Shown here piece by piece: positions 52,572 to 54,665 of a DNA stretch of 54,665 nucleotides; position 1 is the stretch's first letter; the number at the start of each line of letters is the position of its first letter. This stretch comes from an uncultured Verrucomicrobiae bacterium. Its GTDB lineage: Bacteria > Verrucomicrobiota > Verrucomicrobiia > Limisphaerales > JAFGQR01. The stretch is from assembly GCA_963788655.1 (NCBI GenBank), contig CAWBHS010000035.1, positions 1 to 54,665 on the forward strand, read 5' to 3'. The position numbers were made by a program, and so were the translations under genes. The notes beneath the pieces are model-generated. The model was not told the DNA's origin. It saw nothing but the letters and a program-made list of their open reading frames with translations, and ran no database searches.

Positions 52572-53083
52572 TCAAGTCGAAGCCTCGTCCCCGGAACCAA
52601 CCGGGGCGGAGTTGGGCTTGACGTGTTGGTACTCGTTCCAGACCAGAAACACCACGAAGGCATCGAAGACCGTCAAGCCGACCAAACCCCAGGAAAAGTG
52701 CGCGGTGATTCGGTAAACCTGATAACCGATGAACAGGACGAGCACGACCATCGACACCGGAAAGGCCCACAGTTTATTGCGCCACAGCCCCCACACGACG
52801 AAGCCCTTCGTCAGGCCGTGAATGAGCAAATAAACGGCCGCAAAAAGCTGGCGTCCCGAGGAGAAGTGATGGAAGGCCTGCTGCAGCGCGTTGGCCAACA
52901 AATATCCGGATCCTCCATCAATTCGTGGTGCGTCAAGGCCAGCACGATCTCATGGAGCGTTGAGTGTTGCACGACCAGAAACAACACGCCGCCCACCGTT
53001 TCCAAAAATCCATCGACGCCTTTGGCGACAATGCCGATTTTGAACAGGAGGTGCAGCACCTGCTGACGGGACCATTTTTTCAT
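52572..53083 (-). CDS. DUF2127 family membrane protein (frameshift ~52900)
   Basis: AKGVDGFLETVGG..HELMEDP | YLLIHGLTK..GLWRNKLWAFP..LTVFD..VWNEY. Confidence 0.85.
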
Positions 53084-53269
53084 TGTTCTTGTATCGTGAA
53101 CGCCCTGCCGAGCGCCACTGGGCGATACAGCAAAATTCAATTCGGCGCAACTCTGGCCCGTGATGGTAGCCTCTCCTTGAGGTCGAAAGCGGTGGGAGAG
53201 CCGGCCCGTACTTTAGGATCGGGTGGGCACCGGTCGCACTGGCGGCCAACGCGGCAGCGTCATGGAGTG

Positions 53270-53890
53270 CGGCAATATTTCACACGCCTCTTCGGAAGGC
53301 ATCCGGTCCGCGATTTTGGGGGCCGGAATTCGTGGCGAACCGCCGCTTTTTCAAAACGGCAAGGGCGCCCCAGGAGTTATCGGATTTTGACCGCTCAAAA
53401 CCTCACTTTTGGGCCGGTTTTGAAGACGCCTCGCCCCGCGCCGCAGGGCGCCCCGCCGTTTGGGAGTTTTTGCCTGCCGGCCAGCTACGTTGCGCCGATC
53501 GCCCGAGCCGCCAACCTCGCCGCGCATTGGCGAAACAAAGCTTGTAACGGAAAGGCCGAACTCATCTGCACATACACCCGCCGCACGCTCACCGTCACTT
53601 GCGCCGCCACTTTCAGCAGCCGCGTGCGAATCGTCCCCACCGTCGCCGTCGCCAACCCGCAGCCCCGCAGCCCCCACCGTCCGCACGCGCTCCAACAACA
53701 GATACGCCAGGGTCGCCAGCCACAGCCGCAATTGGTTGCTCGCCAGTTCGTGCGTGCTCATCCGGGCCCCCGGTAAATCCAGCACTTGTTGTTTGAGCAC
53801 ATTTTCCTTGTCCCCCCACGCACAGTAAAAGCCTTCATACCGCGCCGCCGCGACAAACCGGGTGCGATCCTCCCCAAATTTTGAGACGCC
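53270..53890 (-). mobile_element. IS1380-family transposase 3' fragment
   Basis: RFVA..FYCAWGDKENVLKQQVLDL..STHELASNQLRLWL..AYLL, then TIRTRLLKVAAQV in a shifted frame; the 5' part is absent. Confidence 0.75.
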
Positions 53891-54175
53891 GTGAGAATTC
53901 ACGCTCAACCCGCGGTTGCGACCGAGAGCCATCATTTCCGGATCGTTTCAAGCGCGAAGGACGTTTCGCCACATGGGCGTCGTACGCGACTGCTTCTTAT
54001 TAAATGGCCGCGGGGCATTGTGCGAGGAACAGCAAGTCACAACCACGTTCAGGAGAAAAACACGCGGAAGTTGGTGGCTATCGACTTTGACGCTGTTGGT
54101 ACCGTCCTGTACGTCCGAGGGGAGAGCGACTTCCGAGAAGACCTGGATCGGAAGTGACAGCATCAGGTTATTTTC

Positions 54176-54583
54176 TCACTTGGCTGGTAAGCCTTCTTGC
54201 CGTAGCAGGTCGTTCGGGATAGCCGCGAAATGCGGGTCGCGATGGACCAATGTGGCGTTTTCAAGTGAAGCAGAGGCTGAAATCAAAACGTCCATCGCTG
54301 ACACACGAGTTGTAGCGCCGATACGGAGCCGGATAGCTTCATTCGCGACGGTTTCATTGACATCGACGATCTTGTCCAGCAGAGATCCATATCGGCTCAC
54401 TTCAGCCGCACGAGTTGCTCCATCTATCCCCAGTAGATGGAGGCGGAGATCGAATTCAAACAAGGCAAGCACGGAGGTTCCAACCACCACGGCATCGTCT
54501 TCGAAAAGAGCTTGGACTCTTGCCGCACCGGGTTCGGCCAAGTAGTGCGCCAGCAGAGCCGACGTATCCAAGAGGTGAGTCAC
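54176..54583 (-). CDS. PIN-domain (VapC-like) toxin
   Basis: LLDTSALL..FE..MDVLISASA..LVHRDPHF. Confidence 0.9.
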   Translation of the reverse strand: MTHLLDTSALLAHYLAEPGAARVQALFEDDAVVVGTSVLALFEFDLRLHLLGIDGATRAAEVSRYGSLLDKIVDVNETVANEAIRLRIGATTRVSAMDVLISASASLENATLVHRDPHFAAIPNDLLRQEGLPAK

Positions 54584-54665
54584 CGTTGTTCGTCTGTTTG
54601 GTCAAGTTGGTCGTCATGTTCCCGGTCGCGAATCAGGTCGCCGATTGGATCTGCTCCTGCCTTCA
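54580..54665 (-). CDS. Probable antitoxin C-terminus (partial, runs off the window)
   Basis: ..KAGADPIGDLIRDREHDDQLDQTDEQR* overlaps the PIN start by GTGA. Confidence 0.55.
   Translation of the reverse strand, partial: KAGADPIGDLIRDREHDDQLDQTDEQR

Noticed and set aside
53891..54170. Short ORFs between the IS1380 fragment and the PIN gene
   Set aside because: No motif or convincing start signal, and conflicting overlapping frames.

Overview
Bacterial chromosomal window, most likely Verrucomicrobiota (Pedosphaerales/Limisphaerales-like). This is inferred from a VPDSG-CTERM protein, the omega-subunit type and recurrent ...RFYR C-terminal domains. Many genes, including essential pheS and pheT, are broken by single-base indels, which points to uncorrected sequencing errors, so gene boundaries across shifts are reconstructed by eye. 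(i) 1-17.7 kb is an accessory, partly decayed stress-type island that ends at the 3' end of tRNA-Thr(TGT). It carries YihY, CBM48, an ElaB stub, a grpE remnant plus a CbpA-like J protein, entericidin, RNA polymerase omega, DUF4197, a transglutaminase, TrkH/TrkA, dodecin and Y1-transposase remnants. Its modules are preceded by six copies of a near-palindromic ~22-bp box; three are identical, each with TAGCGT exactly 19 nt downstream. (ii) 18-52 kb holds housekeeping and glycan/sulfate catabolism genes: GntP, arylsulfotransferase, rpmI-rplT-pheS-pheT, thrH, a DapF with Ser at both catalytic positions, an ECF sigma/anti-sigma pair, a sulfatase and GH78, with several REP/REPIN families and a two-copy 195-bp MITE-like element. 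(iii) The right end has an IS1380 fragment and a PIN toxin-antitoxin pair. Best candidates for new biology: the box-defined regulon (including an omega subunit), a shared C-terminal sorting-like domain on three unrelated secreted proteins, an MlaA-lipase fusion and the Ser/Ser DapF. No CRISPR or rRNA was seen.
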